Assembly (NCBI GenBank): GCA_043805595.1
Contig: JAZDHV010000003.1
Coordinates: 1 to 60,841 of the forward strand
Source: Candidatus Woesearchaeota archaeon
GTDB lineage: Archaea; Nanobdellota; Nanobdellia; Woesearchaeales; JAGVYU01
Length of the DNA: 60,841 nt
Direction of reading: 5' to 3'
Below the pieces are notes generated by a model. That model was not told the DNA's origin. It was given only the letters and a program-made list of their open reading frames with translations, and made no database searches. Positions 1-10,636 of this stretch are shown in pieces; the first letter of the stretch is position 1, and every line of letters starts with the position of its first letter. A program made the position numbers and the translations under genes.

Positions 1-400
1 ATTTTCCACCAGTTTTTAACAGGTGGCCGAAAGCCATTCCCAATATTGGAATCAGAAAAATGCTCAAAATGTTAGAATTGTATAAAAATCTTTCAGATTT
101 TTAACACCCTAAAAAACACCTTGTGTTTTTTGGGCACAAGAAATGCATTTAGCATTTCTAAGTGTGCCAGAAAAGCAAAGCTTTTCTGAGCATTTCCATC
201 CAGTCTATGGCTGGTGGAAAGCTTTGCCTGCTTTTAACTTCAAAAGCTGGAAAATGCACAAAAATGCAGGGCATTTTTGGCATGCCAGAAATTTCTAAAA
301 AAAATTTCTGAGCATTCTGAGCACTAAGAACCACCAGTCTTATTATAAGGTAGTTGCGGATTTAGTGAATCCCACCAGCCTATGACTGGTGGTTCTTTAG
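1..400. repeat. Mosaic palindromic repeat family R1 (MITE/REP-BIME-like), copy 1, truncated at window edge
   Basis: Near-identical modules recur at 4075, 9980, 24402, 39655 and 55246. The terminal module CTAAGAACCACCAGTC...GACTGGTGGTTCTTTAG is an inverted repeat. Confidence 0.9.
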
Positions 401-453
401 AACGCAAATTTCACCGAAACATTTAAATATAATACGTATATACCGTATATACA

Positions 454-1242
454 ATGCAAATTGAGAAAATTGTGCAAAAAGGCGGGAATTCAGGCCACAT
501 ATATCTCCCCAAAGACACTGTTGGCAAAAAAGTTGCAGTGATTTTAATAGAGAAAAGTTTAGAAGATATTAAAAATGAGGTTATTGATATATTAAAGCCA
601 TATCTGAATGATATTAAGGGTGTTTATATTGTTGGTTCATATGCGAGAAACGAGCAAAAGCCAGATTCTGATATTGATATCTTGGTAGTTGCTAATTCTA
701 AAATCAAGATCCAGGATAAGATAAGTCAATATGAGATAATCTCAGCCTCAATTGAACAGATCAAGAATACTCTTAGAAACAACGCTGTCCTTCTGCTTCC
801 CATGATAAAAGAGGCTGTTCCAATTATTAATGAGGACTTAATCGAGAAGTATAAATATTACAGACTAAACAAGGAAAATACAAAATGGTATATAGAGACC
901 ACTGAGACTTCCTTAGGTCTTGCAAAAGACTGGATGATGGAAGAAGATAAATATTCTTTGCCAAATATTGTTTATCCCCTGATTACAAGGCTTAAGGGGC
1001 TTTTATTAGTTCAGGCCTTAATGAACAATAAAAAACCTGCAAATGCTGAACTGTTTCATTTAATTGAGAGGAAAGGCATATCTAATAAAATAGTAAAACA
1101 GCTTTATAAGATGTACCAGGAGAAAAGGGATAATAAGGAAATTTCCCCTAATAATATTAGTTATAAAGATATCCATTTATTGTTAGATCTCGTTGAAAAA
1201 ACTCTTAAAAGGGTGAAAAAATCTCTGGCAAGGCAAAAGTAA
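454..1242 (+). CDS. Minimal nucleotidyltransferase (MNT) domain protein with N-terminal DUF2080/AbrB-like segment
   Basis: GSYARNEQKPDSDIDILVV Pol-beta NTase motif; N-terminal GNSGHIYLPKDTVGKKV; TATA-like TTTAAATA upstream. Confidence 0.85.
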   Translation: MQIEKIVQKGGNSGHIYLPKDTVGKKVAVILIEKSLEDIKNEVIDILKPYLNDIKGVYIVGSYARNEQKPDSDIDILVVANSKIKIQDKISQYEIISASIEQIKNTLRNNAVLLLPMIKEAVPIINEDLIEKYKYYRLNKENTKWYIETTETSLGLAKDWMMEEDKYSLPNIVYPLITRLKGLLLVQALMNNKKPANAELFHLIERKGISNKIVKQLYKMYQEKRDNKEISPNNISYKDIHLLLDLVEKTLKRVKKSLARQK

Positions 1243-1439
1243 GGAAAAAGTTTGAAGGTTATAAGAAACAGTTACAAAAGCATATTGACAAGTTTAATGA
1301 GGCCAAGCATAGAGGTGACATTGGCAGCATGAACTATATGGCTAGGGAAATGAGAAGCTTTATGGAAAGGATGGATAAGTTCAATAAGGAATTAAAGCCA
1401 AGGAAAAAGAGGATTAAAAAAGGTTCTTCATCACATTAA
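1227..1439 (+). CDS. Small basic helical protein overlapping the MNT stop (no canonical start codon visible)
   Basis: 70-codon open frame GKAKVRKKFEGYKKQLQKHIDKF...SSSH*; in-frame stop at 1206-1208 upstream and no ATG/GTG/TTG between it and codon 1. Confidence 0.4.
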   Translation, partial: GKAKVRKKFEGYKKQLQKHIDKFNEAKHRGDIGSMNYMAREMRSFMERMDKFNKELKPRKKRIKKGSSSH

Positions 1440-1500
1440 TAAAAATAATTTGATGTGTAGAGTATAAATGGAAGGTTAGTCTCCAAAGATTCCTATCTCA

Positions 1501-1601
1501 AATAACAAAAACCGAACTATTCCCCTGCCTGAAGGCAGGGGTATTTATCGTTCGGTTTTTGGGATTGAAAATTCCGACAAGAGAGTCGGAATTTTCAATA
1601 A
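1501..1601. repeat. Double-hairpin repeat family R2, copy 1
   Basis: CCCCTGCC-TGAA-GGCAGGGG and TTGAAAATTCCGAC-n6-GTCGGAATTTTCAA hairpins; second copy at 12802-12902. Confidence 0.85.
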
Positions 1602-1630
1602 TATTTGATTTAAAACAAATATTTGAATGC

Positions 1631-1692
1631 ATTGTTTGAATTGATTGTTTGAATTGATTGTTTGAATTGATTGTTTGAATTGATTGTTTGAA
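1631..1692. repeat. Tandem repeat, 13-bp unit ATTGTTTGAATTG x~4.8, just upstream of the A1 start
   Basis: Directly visible in the sequence. Confidence 0.9.
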
Positions 1693-1711
1693 ATGAATTG
1701 TGGGGTTTTTT

Positions 1712-4015
1712 ATGTTTAGAAAAGGGCAGATTACAGTTTTTGTGATAATTGGGATAGTCATCCTTGTCTTTGTCGGAGTAGTTTTTCTGTATCAGACACT
1801 TAAGGATGAAAGTTCCTGGGACCTGCCCACTGACCAGATTGAGATTGTCAGTGAGGATCAGCGCAATGTCATTGACAGTGTTGATTCATGCCTGATGATA
1901 CTTGCATTGGATGGCCTTGAGATAATGAGGGTTCAGGCAGGCTATATCAGCATCCCAAATATTGAGGCTGTTGATGTGAGGGATGACTTCAGGAATGCTG
2001 TTGTCATCGATTCTGGGATAAAGCATGTTGAATATTCTGGTTCTTCAAGGAATTCACAGCCTTATTGGATTACAAAGGATGATCTGTTTGTACCGTCCAT
2101 TCAAAAGATGGAGTATGAGCTTTCTTCTTATATCAGCTCAAATATCATGGCTTGCCTTGGCAATCTTGATTCTTTTAGAGAGCAGGGTATTGAGCTGAAT
2201 GTTGATCATCTTAGGGTTGATGTGAATTTTGATCAGGGTGTGTTGGTTGACATGGAGATGCCTATCCACGGCAGCTCTGATGGAATTGATTTCAGCATGG
2301 ACACTTTCCGTTATTTTGTTCCTGTCAATATGAAAAAAATTTCTGAGTTATCAACAAGCATTGCTTTTGGAGAGCAGAGAGAGGCATTTCTTGAGTATTT
2401 TGCAATGGATCTTCTGTCTAAATACAGTTATTTAGGCGGGTCAAAAGGGCCTGATGACATCCCTCCTTTAAGGTTCACTGACGTGAATCTTGATTGTGAC
2501 ATGCAGTCATGGACTATTGATGAGGTTGAATCCACTTTAAAAAGGAATTTTTTCTTCAATCATCAGTATGTCCAGCTCGCTAATGTTGATCATGAGATCC
2601 CTTCAGGCCCATTGTCTTCTGTCTATGACACATATGTTTATACTCCTTTTCCAGGCAATTTTGATGATGTTGATGTTGATTTCTTTTTTGATCCTGATCT
2701 TGCTTTTGATCTGTCAATAAGTCCTGGAGGTTCTGTGCTTAAGCCTGAGAAGACTATGACTACGAGCATACCTCTTTTGCCAATGTTCTGCACTTACAAG
2801 TATCGTTTCAAGTATGACATGGAATATCCTGTAATTGTCAGGGTCACCGATAAGAGTTCTGCAAGGATTGATGCAGAGCATAACATCATCGATGAGGATG
2901 GTGGATTCACATTCTCTTTTCCTGTCTGGGTCCATATCTGCGGAAATCAGAAAAGGCTCTGCAATTACAAGGATTACAGCTATGACAGGAGCGTGTTCTC
3001 TGATATCCTTTCAGACAGCTCAAGCATAAACATTGATAATGTCCTGAATTCTGCTTCCACTTCATTCTGTGACATTCCTCAGGGTGAGGACCTGACAATA
3101 TTTGTTCATGATTCATTGTCTAATTATCCTGTCAAGAATGTGCAGGTAGGCTATTATGGCGGGAATTTTGACAATGACTGCCTTCTTGGCTCGACTGATG
3201 AGGAAGGAAAGCTCGTCACAAGATTTCCTTATTGTTCTGGTTGCATAATTTATCTGACAAGATACAATTATTCAGAAAGATTTGAGAGATTTGATGTTAT
3301 TGATGGCATGGATGATAGGAAGAGGTTTGTTTTAGAGCCCCAGCTTGAGTACAATGTCATTGTTAAGCTTGTGTATCTCCCTGTATTTATGTCATTCTGG
3401 ACTTTGCATAATATCAATGCAGGTCCGTCAAGGACTGCTCAGGACATTGGTCTTGACAATACTGCTGTTTCTGAAGCAGTTGGAAGGAGCATCACTGGAT
3501 TGAGAGAGACAGACCTGATGCAGCTTGTCCCATTGAATCTTGGGGTGTCATCATTGACAGATGATATTGCAGTCATTATCAGCGGTGACGGCCCCACTTC
3601 ATTTTCATACATCTCAAGTGTGGCTGAGCCAGGCGCAAACAAGATAATGCTGTCTCCTGGCGAGTATTCTTTCACTTACAGTGTGTTTGGCCAGGTTGTT
3701 GTTGATCCTTCAGAAGTTGATGATGGCCAGGGAGGGAAAGTTACTGTCTCGATGAATCCTCCATTCAGCATTGGGACTTATAATGGTGATTGGGCTCTTG
3801 GATCATATTCTGGAACATTTGAAATAAAAAGAGAGGATATGTTCGGCAAGTCAGCTGTTGTCTTGTATGTTCCAGTGAATTATCTGCCTGATGACATCCA
3901 TGAGGTCTTGGATCTGCAAAAGACAATAATCAGGCCTGACAGGAGTCTGGAGAGGAATGATAAGGTCATTTCAAGGCAGGATTTCATGCCTTATATTTAT
4001 CCTGTGTTTGAATAG
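1712..4015 (+). CDS. Cassette protein A1: large pilin-like protein with class III signal peptide
   Basis: MFRKG/QITVFVIIGIVIL prepilin-type N-terminus; paralogous to 10623-12698 and 22396-24348; GTGGGG RBS before ATG 1712. Confidence 0.8.
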   Translation: MFRKGQITVFVIIGIVILVFVGVVFLYQTLKDESSWDLPTDQIEIVSEDQRNVIDSVDSCLMILALDGLEIMRVQAGYISIPNIEAVDVRDDFRNAVVIDSGIKHVEYSGSSRNSQPYWITKDDLFVPSIQKMEYELSSYISSNIMACLGNLDSFREQGIELNVDHLRVDVNFDQGVLVDMEMPIHGSSDGIDFSMDTFRYFVPVNMKKISELSTSIAFGEQREAFLEYFAMDLLSKYSYLGGSKGPDDIPPLRFTDVNLDCDMQSWTIDEVESTLKRNFFFNHQYVQLANVDHEIPSGPLSSVYDTYVYTPFPGNFDDVDVDFFFDPDLAFDLSISPGGSVLKPEKTMTTSIPLLPMFCTYKYRFKYDMEYPVIVRVTDKSSARIDAEHNIIDEDGGFTFSFPVWVHICGNQKRLCNYKDYSYDRSVFSDILSDSSSINIDNVLNSASTSFCDIPQGEDLTIFVHDSLSNYPVKNVQVGYYGGNFDNDCLLGSTDEEGKLVTRFPYCSGCIIYLTRYNYSERFERFDVIDGMDDRKRFVLEPQLEYNVIVKLVYLPVFMSFWTLHNINAGPSRTAQDIGLDNTAVSEAVGRSITGLRETDLMQLVPLNLGVSSLTDDIAVIISGDGPTSFSYISSVAEPGANKIMLSPGEYSFTYSVFGQVVVDPSEVDDGQGGKVTVSMNPPFSIGTYNGDWALGSYSGTFEIKREDMFGKSAVVLYVPVNYLPDDIHEVLDLQKTIIRPDRSLERNDKVISRQDFMPYIYPVFE

Positions 4016-4074
4016 TATTATGGAATCATAATAAAAGATTTAAAATGAAAATCATAAAAGATATATGATTTAAA

Positions 4075-4231
4075 ATGTCAGAATTTTCCATCCAGTCTCT
4101 GACTGGTGGCAAGCTTTGCCTGCTTTTAACTTCAAAAGCTGGAAAATTCTGAGCACTAAGAACCACCAGTCCTATCATAATGTAGTGTGGATTTAGTGAA
4201 TCCCACCAGTCTATGACTGGTGGTTCTTTAG
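4075..4231. repeat. R1 mosaic repeat, copy 2 (short, two modules)
   Basis: Matches modules of 1-400. Confidence 0.9.
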
Positions 4232-4278
4232 ATATGGGAATGAAATAAGAAATGGAGATTAAGTAAATCAATAAAATT

Positions 4279-5628
4279 GTGAAAATGGCGAGAAAGAATA
4301 TGAAGCTGATGGCTTTGGTAATGATCCTTTTAGTCCTTAGCCTTCCTCTTATAAGTGCTGGCTCCCTTTCTTCTTATAATAATTATGAGGTCAAGGAAAA
4401 GAGTGAGAGACAGCCATTGTTTACTCCATATAATCAGACAGAGCTTGCAGAATTGCAGCAGTTATACAACCAGACTCCTCCTCAGAACACTCCTTCAGAG
4501 CAGTGTGAGGACAAGTCAAAGAAGGCAGATGAAAAGCTGAAGTTCATGGACAATGATGTGATAAGGGTTATTGAAGGCATCCTTGCTGTCTTGAGGGCGA
4601 TCTGCTCAACTATGGGAGCGATTGACTCACTTATCTCGACACTAGGCCTTTTGATCGGGATGCAGGGTGATGACTCTTGCTGCAAATGGGGATGGATTGA
4701 CTTGTCTGTCCAATGTGAAATCATGTGGGATTTCTTTTCTGGTTGGGAGGATATCTATACAGGCGGCTTCAAGAATGTTTGCTGCTGGCTTACATGCGGC
4801 TGGTGTACAAGGACATGTTATGGCATTGATAATCTTCTTAGCGGTGATTATTGGAGCTCTTCTCAGGCAGAGGTCGCTGAGGGAGGAAAGGCTTATAGTT
4901 ACAATTTAGAGGGAAATTTTGGTGAAACTCTAGGCGATGGCTTAGGTGCATTGTCCCCTTATGATAATATTTATACAGCAATTGCCTGCCTCTGCCCACA
5001 GGCAGTCTTGACAAACCTGAAGAAGCTGAAATCAATCTATCAAGTTTATGATTGTTGTGTTGATCAAGCATGCAAGAATGGCCAGTCTACTGAGAGCTGT
5101 GAAGCTATGCTTGATGAATCAACTTGCATGTATTGGGAAGGGGCATTGTTCTCATCTATTGCCAAGATAATATTTAGGATAATATTCTCAGCTGTGTGGA
5201 AAGCTGTTGCAGAGACATTGTCGCAGATGTGGTGGACAAAATGCTTGCTTGCTGCATTTGAACTGATCCAGACTCCTAAAATGCTTGAGGGCATTCTTGA
5301 GCAGTGGAAGCAGGCTTTTAAATCATTTGAAGAGCCTACTTGCTCTGATCTTGGATTTGACTCAATTGGAGATGATTTCTCTGAAGTCAATGATAATCTG
5401 CGAAATCAAGTGCCAAGAGAATATGAGGATTTTGACATGGACGGTTATTATGATGATGTTCAGGGTGCTCAGCAGACCCCACCAAGCTTATACACTGCCC
5501 AGGACAAGGCTTTTGCACAGTCTTTAGGGATTGACACAAGCAATCCTAGATGGCCTCAGGCTTATGAGCAGACTTTGTATGAATTGCAGCAGTCCCAGCA
5601 GGCCCCTCCTGCTGATGTGCAGACATAA
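4279..5628 (+). CDS. Cassette protein B1: secreted Cys-rich protein, essentially only the shared B domain
   Basis: Sec signal peptide; PYDNIYTAIACLCPQAVL...YDCC...SCE...TCMYWEG motif shared with B2 and B3. Confidence 0.75.
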   Translation: MKMARKNMKLMALVMILLVLSLPLISAGSLSSYNNYEVKEKSERQPLFTPYNQTELAELQQLYNQTPPQNTPSEQCEDKSKKADEKLKFMDNDVIRVIEGILAVLRAICSTMGAIDSLISTLGLLIGMQGDDSCCKWGWIDLSVQCEIMWDFFSGWEDIYTGGFKNVCCWLTCGWCTRTCYGIDNLLSGDYWSSSQAEVAEGGKAYSYNLEGNFGETLGDGLGALSPYDNIYTAIACLCPQAVLTNLKKLKSIYQVYDCCVDQACKNGQSTESCEAMLDESTCMYWEGALFSSIAKIIFRIIFSAVWKAVAETLSQMWWTKCLLAAFELIQTPKMLEGILEQWKQAFKSFEEPTCSDLGFDSIGDDFSEVNDNLRNQVPREYEDFDMDGYYDDVQGAQQTPPSLYTAQDKAFAQSLGIDTSNPRWPQAYEQTLYELQQSQQAPPADVQT

Positions 5629-5670
5629 TAAAGAATTTAGAATAATTGAAAAATTACAACCAAAAGATCA

Positions 5671-5716
5671 TCGAGTCGGAATTTGATGTGAAACTGCTTC
5701 AACCTCAAATTCCTAA
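5671..5716. repeat. Hairpin family R5 (GGAATTYGA-n17-19-TCRAATTCC), copy 1
   Basis: Six copies in the window, each shortly after a stop codon. Confidence 0.8.
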
Positions 5717-5920
5717 AAGAATAAAATAATATTAGAAAAATTATTGAAAATAAAATGATATTAATAAATAATTGAAAGAAAGTTAAATAAAAGATTAAGA
5801 AAAATTGATTAAAGAAAAATAGAAAAGAGTTATGAAAAAAATAAGTAACGAATTTCAATCACTGCAAAATGCCAGTGAAATTCGGAATTCAATGCAATGA
5901 ATTGTAACAAATTAGCATAA

Positions 5921-5983
5921 AAGAAACAAAATAAGAAAGAAACAAAATAAGAAAGAAACAAAATAAAAAAGATACAAAATAAA
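5921..5983. repeat. A-rich tandem repeat (~17-bp unit AAGAAACAAAATAAGAA, 3-4 degenerate copies) upstream of C1
   Basis: Visible in the sequence. Confidence 0.6.
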
Positions 5984-7765
5984 ATGAAAAAACCAGACAT
6001 TAAATCAGTACCTTTTATCCTTAACAGCGCTCTACTAGTTTTCATTTTCGCAGTCATATTCTTTGTAATTCTTGAGATGAATGTTGACTCAGGATCCAAC
6101 AATATTTTTGGTCTTGCTGTTGGAGGGGATGAGGCTACTCCTAGTGGAGGTATAGCAGCTCCTGATCCTGCACCTATAACAGTTGAGCGTCTTGCTCCTT
6201 TGCCTAGAGCTGAATCTTCAACTAATACACCTTCCCCTGCTCCTAGCTCATCAGCTGGTGCACCGCCAAGTGCAACCTCAACTGCTCCTCCATTAGTCCC
6301 AGCTTATAATCCTGCTACTAACCCATTTCCTGAATCAACTGTTAATGCTCAAATGGAAAGATTTGAAAATGCTATGACTGGATTTGACTTAAGCCATGCA
6401 GATTGGCAGAATGCTGATAACAATGTTCAGAATGCTATGACAGGATTGGAGAGCGCACAGCAAACTTATCATACGGCAAATTTAAGAATATTACAACGAT
6501 ATGAAGAATCAGGAAAAACATTAAGTCATGCTGATGGAATCATTAACTTGAATGATCCAAATTTGGATCCAACTGACCGTGAATTATTGAGTGATAACAG
6601 AGACATGTTAACTGGTGCCCAAGATCGATTAGACAGTGCAAGAGATCAACGTAGCCAATTGGCTGTATCACTTATGGATGCTAAGAATAATAGGGATACT
6701 GAATATCAGACATTGCAGATGATTACTGGAGGTGAATATGACCCAGTCCAATTATATACTAGGCTTAATGCTGAATATCAGGCTGCAGTAGCTGCAGGTG
6801 CATCTCCAGAAGAATTGGCTCAAATAGATTATATGAGAAATGTTGCACAGTCAAGGGCAAATGCAGTTTCTCCTGAGACTGTTTCAAGGATTCAGGCAGA
6901 TAATCTTGTTACAGATATAGGGAATAGAATTGATAGCCTTAATGCCCAAATAACTGCTTTAGAGGCAAGCGGAGATAAAGGATCTGAATACCAAAACCTT
7001 GTTGCTCAAAGAAACCAATTATTGGCTGAACATGATAAATCTGTTGGTGAACTGACAAAAGCTCAAAGAGAAGAAGAGAAAGCAATTAAAAGAAAACAAA
7101 GAGAACAGCAACCACTGGATAGGGAAATGTACATAATGAAAGAAAAGACTTTCAACTTGCTTTCTGGCATCCTTGAGGAATATGTGATTTCCCCTTGGAT
7201 TGAGGATTATTGCAAGTCAGAATATGAGGCTTCAAACACCCCTGACAGGAATCCTATTGACATATCTGGTGTCCAGCCAAATCTTGGCGGTAGATCAGTA
7301 CTCACGCCTGGATTGACAGCTCCGACAGGTGTGACAACCCCTGCAAAAGCAGATAATCCTATTGTGCTTCCTGATACTGGCCTGGATGTCTGTTATGGCA
7401 GCACTGACTCGATTGCAAATGCGCAGGTCATTGGAGTGCCTGGTGATTTCCTTATCACTTACACTATCACAAACTGCGCGTCAGACAGGCTTGATTATTC
7501 TGTCCATATCACGAGCAGCGGACATGATGCTTCGTTGAGGCAGGGTTCTTTGTATCCAGGGGCAACAGTTTCAGATGAGGTTTCATCAACTGTTCAAAAT
7601 ATTGAGAATGTCTGTCTTAACACTGATGATCCTACAATCGGCACAAATGGGATATTTTGCATTCCAGTCACAATTACTGCTCCACCTCCAATCACAACTA
7701 CAATTCCAGCCACTCCCTCAACCTCGACCACAATCTTGACTGCTACAACCCTGCCTGCTTCATGA
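5984..7765 (+). CDS. Cassette protein C1: N-terminal TM anchor, Pro/Ser linker, coiled-coil middle, conserved C-terminal beta domain
   Basis: TM followed by IFGLAVGG; C-terminal FLITYTITN...NVCLNTD...FCIPV resembles the C2 C-terminus. Confidence 0.75.
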   Translation: MKKPDIKSVPFILNSALLVFIFAVIFFVILEMNVDSGSNNIFGLAVGGDEATPSGGIAAPDPAPITVERLAPLPRAESSTNTPSPAPSSSAGAPPSATSTAPPLVPAYNPATNPFPESTVNAQMERFENAMTGFDLSHADWQNADNNVQNAMTGLESAQQTYHTANLRILQRYEESGKTLSHADGIINLNDPNLDPTDRELLSDNRDMLTGAQDRLDSARDQRSQLAVSLMDAKNNRDTEYQTLQMITGGEYDPVQLYTRLNAEYQAAVAAGASPEELAQIDYMRNVAQSRANAVSPETVSRIQADNLVTDIGNRIDSLNAQITALEASGDKGSEYQNLVAQRNQLLAEHDKSVGELTKAQREEEKAIKRKQREQQPLDREMYIMKEKTFNLLSGILEEYVISPWIEDYCKSEYEASNTPDRNPIDISGVQPNLGGRSVLTPGLTAPTGVTTPAKADNPIVLPDTGLDVCYGSTDSIANAQVIGVPGDFLITYTITNCASDRLDYSVHITSSGHDASLRQGSLYPGATVSDEVSSTVQNIENVCLNTDDPTIGTNGIFCIPVTITAPPPITTTIPATPSTSTTILTATTLPAS

Positions 7766-8526
7766 TTAAGAAGATGAAACAAATAAAAATTTTGAAAGAA
7801 TCATTGAACAGTATCGATTCAAAAGCTCTTCTAGCTGCAGGTTTTGACTTAGTCCTTGTCCTGTTTCTATTTATCAGCCTAAGTATGTGGATAGGCTCAT
7901 TGTCTTCGCAGATAATGTCTGTGACAAACCTTCCTCTTGACCAGTTGTATAATGCAGAACTTTCTGAGTTAGAGTCGATGTATAGTGTTGTTTACAATTT
8001 CTTGTTTTCATTGATCATTGGATTGCTCTTGACATTTGTTATATTCATCTTATTGTATACTATTTTCAAAGGCCTGACTTGGTCATGGATTTATGCAAAG
8101 AAATTTTCTCTGAAAAAATTCTTCAATCTATTCCTAATAATTCTTGTCTGGTTCACCTTAATACTGTTCCTCATCATTAGTCTTTTCTTCAGATTTCAGG
8201 TATTTATCAATGCAAATGTCAATCTTTCAAGAATATTGATGATTGCATTAATTTTTTTTGTCATGTATTTCACAAACCTGTTATTCTTCTATTTTCTCAA
8301 AGATCAATCATTGAGATTTATCTTGAAGAACACTTTTTTCTTTTCATTCAGAAAAATGCATAATATCCTTCCTTATTTCCTGATATTTTATATCATCTTG
8401 TTGATATTGATTTTCTCTTTGTTCTTAAACACTTACTGGTTTTTTATTGGTTCAATGATTACCTTGATTTATCTTGCAGTATCAAGGATATTCTTCAGCA
8501 GATTGTTAGAAAAAAACTTTAGCTAG
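7762..8526 (+). CDS. Cassette protein D1: polytopic membrane protein
   Basis: About 6-7 hydrophobic helices; LYTIFKGLTWS matches D2 LYTLFKGLIWS; ATGA overlap with the C1 stop. Confidence 0.8.
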   Translation: MIKKMKQIKILKESLNSIDSKALLAAGFDLVLVLFLFISLSMWIGSLSSQIMSVTNLPLDQLYNAELSELESMYSVVYNFLFSLIIGLLLTFVIFILLYTIFKGLTWSWIYAKKFSLKKFFNLFLIILVWFTLILFLIISLFFRFQVFINANVNLSRILMIALIFFVMYFTNLLFFYFLKDQSLRFILKNTFFFSFRKMHNILPYFLIFYIILLILIFSLFLNTYWFFIGSMITLIYLAVSRIFFSRLLEKNFS

Positions 8527-9706
8527 ATCTTGTCCTTGCCATCCTCAATCCTTCACAAGCCCTTTTCTCATATATGTTTGTCAGCTTGTCGCAAAGATCA
8601 TATTGCTCATGCTCTAGTATGAATCCCATATAGCATTGGTCCCTGATTGAGTCCTTCACAATCTCTTCGCAGATATTGCTTGACACTGTCATTGTGGCTG
8701 CAAATAGGAAACAGCTGTCTTTCTTGTTTGGATCGCTTATCTGCTCGCAGCTTCTTCTGCTTCCTGTGACCTGCACCAGATTTAGGAAGCATTTGTCTTT
8801 GATGTCTGTCTGTTGTTTCAAGCATTCTTTTGCTGCCTTGTCTGGATCAGTCAGTGATATCTCTTTTATCTCATCAAGTATCTCCCATGATGGCCTGTCA
8901 TCCCCTCCTCCTGTTGGAGGTCGATCAATCTGTGTTGTTGTTGATGTTGTTGTTGTGGTCTCGCTTGCGCATGGAGAGCATGATCCACCGCAATCTATAT
9001 CTTCTTCATCCTGGTTTTTCACTCTGTCGAAGCATGTCTCGCATTCCTGGCAAATTCCTCCGCAATCTATCCCTTGTTCATCCTGGTTTTTCACTCCGTC
9101 AAAGCATGTCTCTTCTGCACCCTCTTCAATAACATTTATTGATAATGATGCCTTTGCCTCCTCTTTCTTGTATTTTGCAGTGGCTTTCACAAAATATGCT
9201 CCAAGCGGGGCAGTTGCAGGGATGTCAAATTCCTCAACACTGCTTTTGCTTGTCTCAACTGCGACTGTCTTTTCATATGAGTCAATTATCTGATCTGTCT
9301 CCCTGTGCACTAGCTGGAACTCCATCATTATGTCATATCTTCTTGTAGATCCAGTGTTTGTTATCTCATACTGGAAGCTGAATTTCTCTCCTGGCAAAAG
9401 GGATTTTTCGCTTCTTGATTTTAATGATAGGTCAAGAAGCTCTCCTGGCTCAGGCCCTCCTCTGAATATGAAAAAAGCTGAGACTGTCATGAGTACTGCA
9501 AGGACAACTACCACTATTATTGCTGGCTTAGAAAGATGTATCTCATGTCTTGTCGGTGGATTGTATACATATTCAATTGCATCCTGGATATCCTTGTCAC
9601 TGTATCCTGACTGCATGAGATGAGCCTTGATTGTGTATATGTCATATCTTTTTTCAAGATTCTGTTTTATGAATGCCACTAATACTTTGTTCACCATCTT
9701 TTTCAA
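8519..9706 (-). CDS. Membrane-anchored surface protein: Ig-like domain, two TCFDxVKNQDExxIDCGG repeats, Thr linker, Cys-pair helical repeats
   Basis: Repeat motifs visible in the translation; single TM near residues 60-80. Confidence 0.8.
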   Translation of the reverse strand: MKKMVNKVLVAFIKQNLEKRYDIYTIKAHLMQSGYSDKDIQDAIEYVYNPPTRHEIHLSKPAIIVVVVLAVLMTVSAFFIFRGGPEPGELLDLSLKSRSEKSLLPGEKFSFQYEITNTGSTRRYDIMMEFQLVHRETDQIIDSYEKTVAVETSKSSVEEFDIPATAPLGAYFVKATAKYKKEEAKASLSINVIEEGAEETCFDGVKNQDEQGIDCGGICQECETCFDRVKNQDEEDIDCGGSCSPCASETTTTTSTTTQIDRPPTGGGDDRPSWEILDEIKEISLTDPDKAAKECLKQQTDIKDKCFLNLVQVTGSRRSCEQISDPNKKDSCFLFAATMTVSSNICEEIVKDSIRDQCYMGFILEHEQYDLCDKLTNIYEKRACEGLRMARTRSS

Positions 9707-9979
9707 TCCACCCTCTTATAATCATTTTCCTGCTGTTTTACTATATAAATTTGTTGGATTTCTTTTCTCTGGACTCAAATAATAATTTATTCAGGACCAA
9801 TATTCTACAATTGTTATCCAACTGCCTATTTCCACAATTTATCTAATCACTAATACTCTGCTTTCCCCATCCCTTTACCTATTTTCACAACATTTAAATA
9901 CTAGTATACTTAATTAGATATTAATATAGCATAAATAAAGCATAAACAATCAATATTTGCATAAGACATCAATAATAAA

Positions 9980-10309
9980 ATGTCAGAATTGTATAAAAAT
10001 CTTTCAGATTTTTAACACCCAAAAAAACACCTTGTGTTTTTTGGGCACAAGAAATGCATTTAGCATTTCTAAGTGTGCCAGAAAAGCAAAGCTTTTCTGA
10101 GCATTTCCATCCAGTCTCTGACTGGTGGCAAGCTTTGCCTGCTTTTAACTTCAAAAGCTGGAAAATGCACAAAAATGCAGGGCATTTTTGGCATGCCAGA
10201 AATTTTATTAAAATTTCTGAGCATTCTGAGCACTAAGAACCACCAGTCCTATCATAAGGTAATTGCAGATTTAGTGAATCCCACCAGTCTCTGACTGGTG
10301 GTTCTTTAG
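9980..10309. repeat. R1 mosaic repeat, copy 3
   Basis: Nearly identical to 69-400. Confidence 0.9.
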
Positions 10310-10459
10310 AACATAGAATATTCTATAAATATACACTAATAAGCATAAATGAAGTATAATAATACTTTATAAAATCTTAATTTATACATTATTTAGCATA
10401 AAATAAGCCAATAAAATCGAAAAATTTAAATATAACCTCAATGATGAATTCATATACAA

Positions 10460-10636
10460 ATGAGTATACAGATTAGGATTACAGTTTCCAGAGAAATTGA
10501 CAGCCTTCTTACTAAGATTTCTAAAAAATTAGGAAAAAAGAAATCAATGCTTGCAAGAGAGCTTATGGAGCAGAAGCTATATGATCTAAATCTTATGCAA
10601 AAGCATTTTCAGGAGTTGTTTGATGATAAGAAATAG
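10460..10636 (+). CDS. Small ribbon-helix-helix (CopG-like) DNA-binding protein, 58 aa, not in the ORF track
   Basis: MSIQIRITVSREIDSLLTKISKKLGKKKSMLARELMEQKL fits the RHH pattern; TTTAAATA box upstream; overlaps the A2 start. Confidence 0.75.
   Translation: MSIQIRITVSREIDSLLTKISKKLGKKKSMLARELMEQKLYDLNLMQKHFQELFDDKK

Noticed and set aside
9969-10294. ORFs 9969-10172, 10054-10236 and 10073-10294 (also 4026-4271, 39655-39951, 1498-1761, 60022-60312)
   Set aside because: They lie within palindromic non-coding repeats, and the frames are not preserved between copies.
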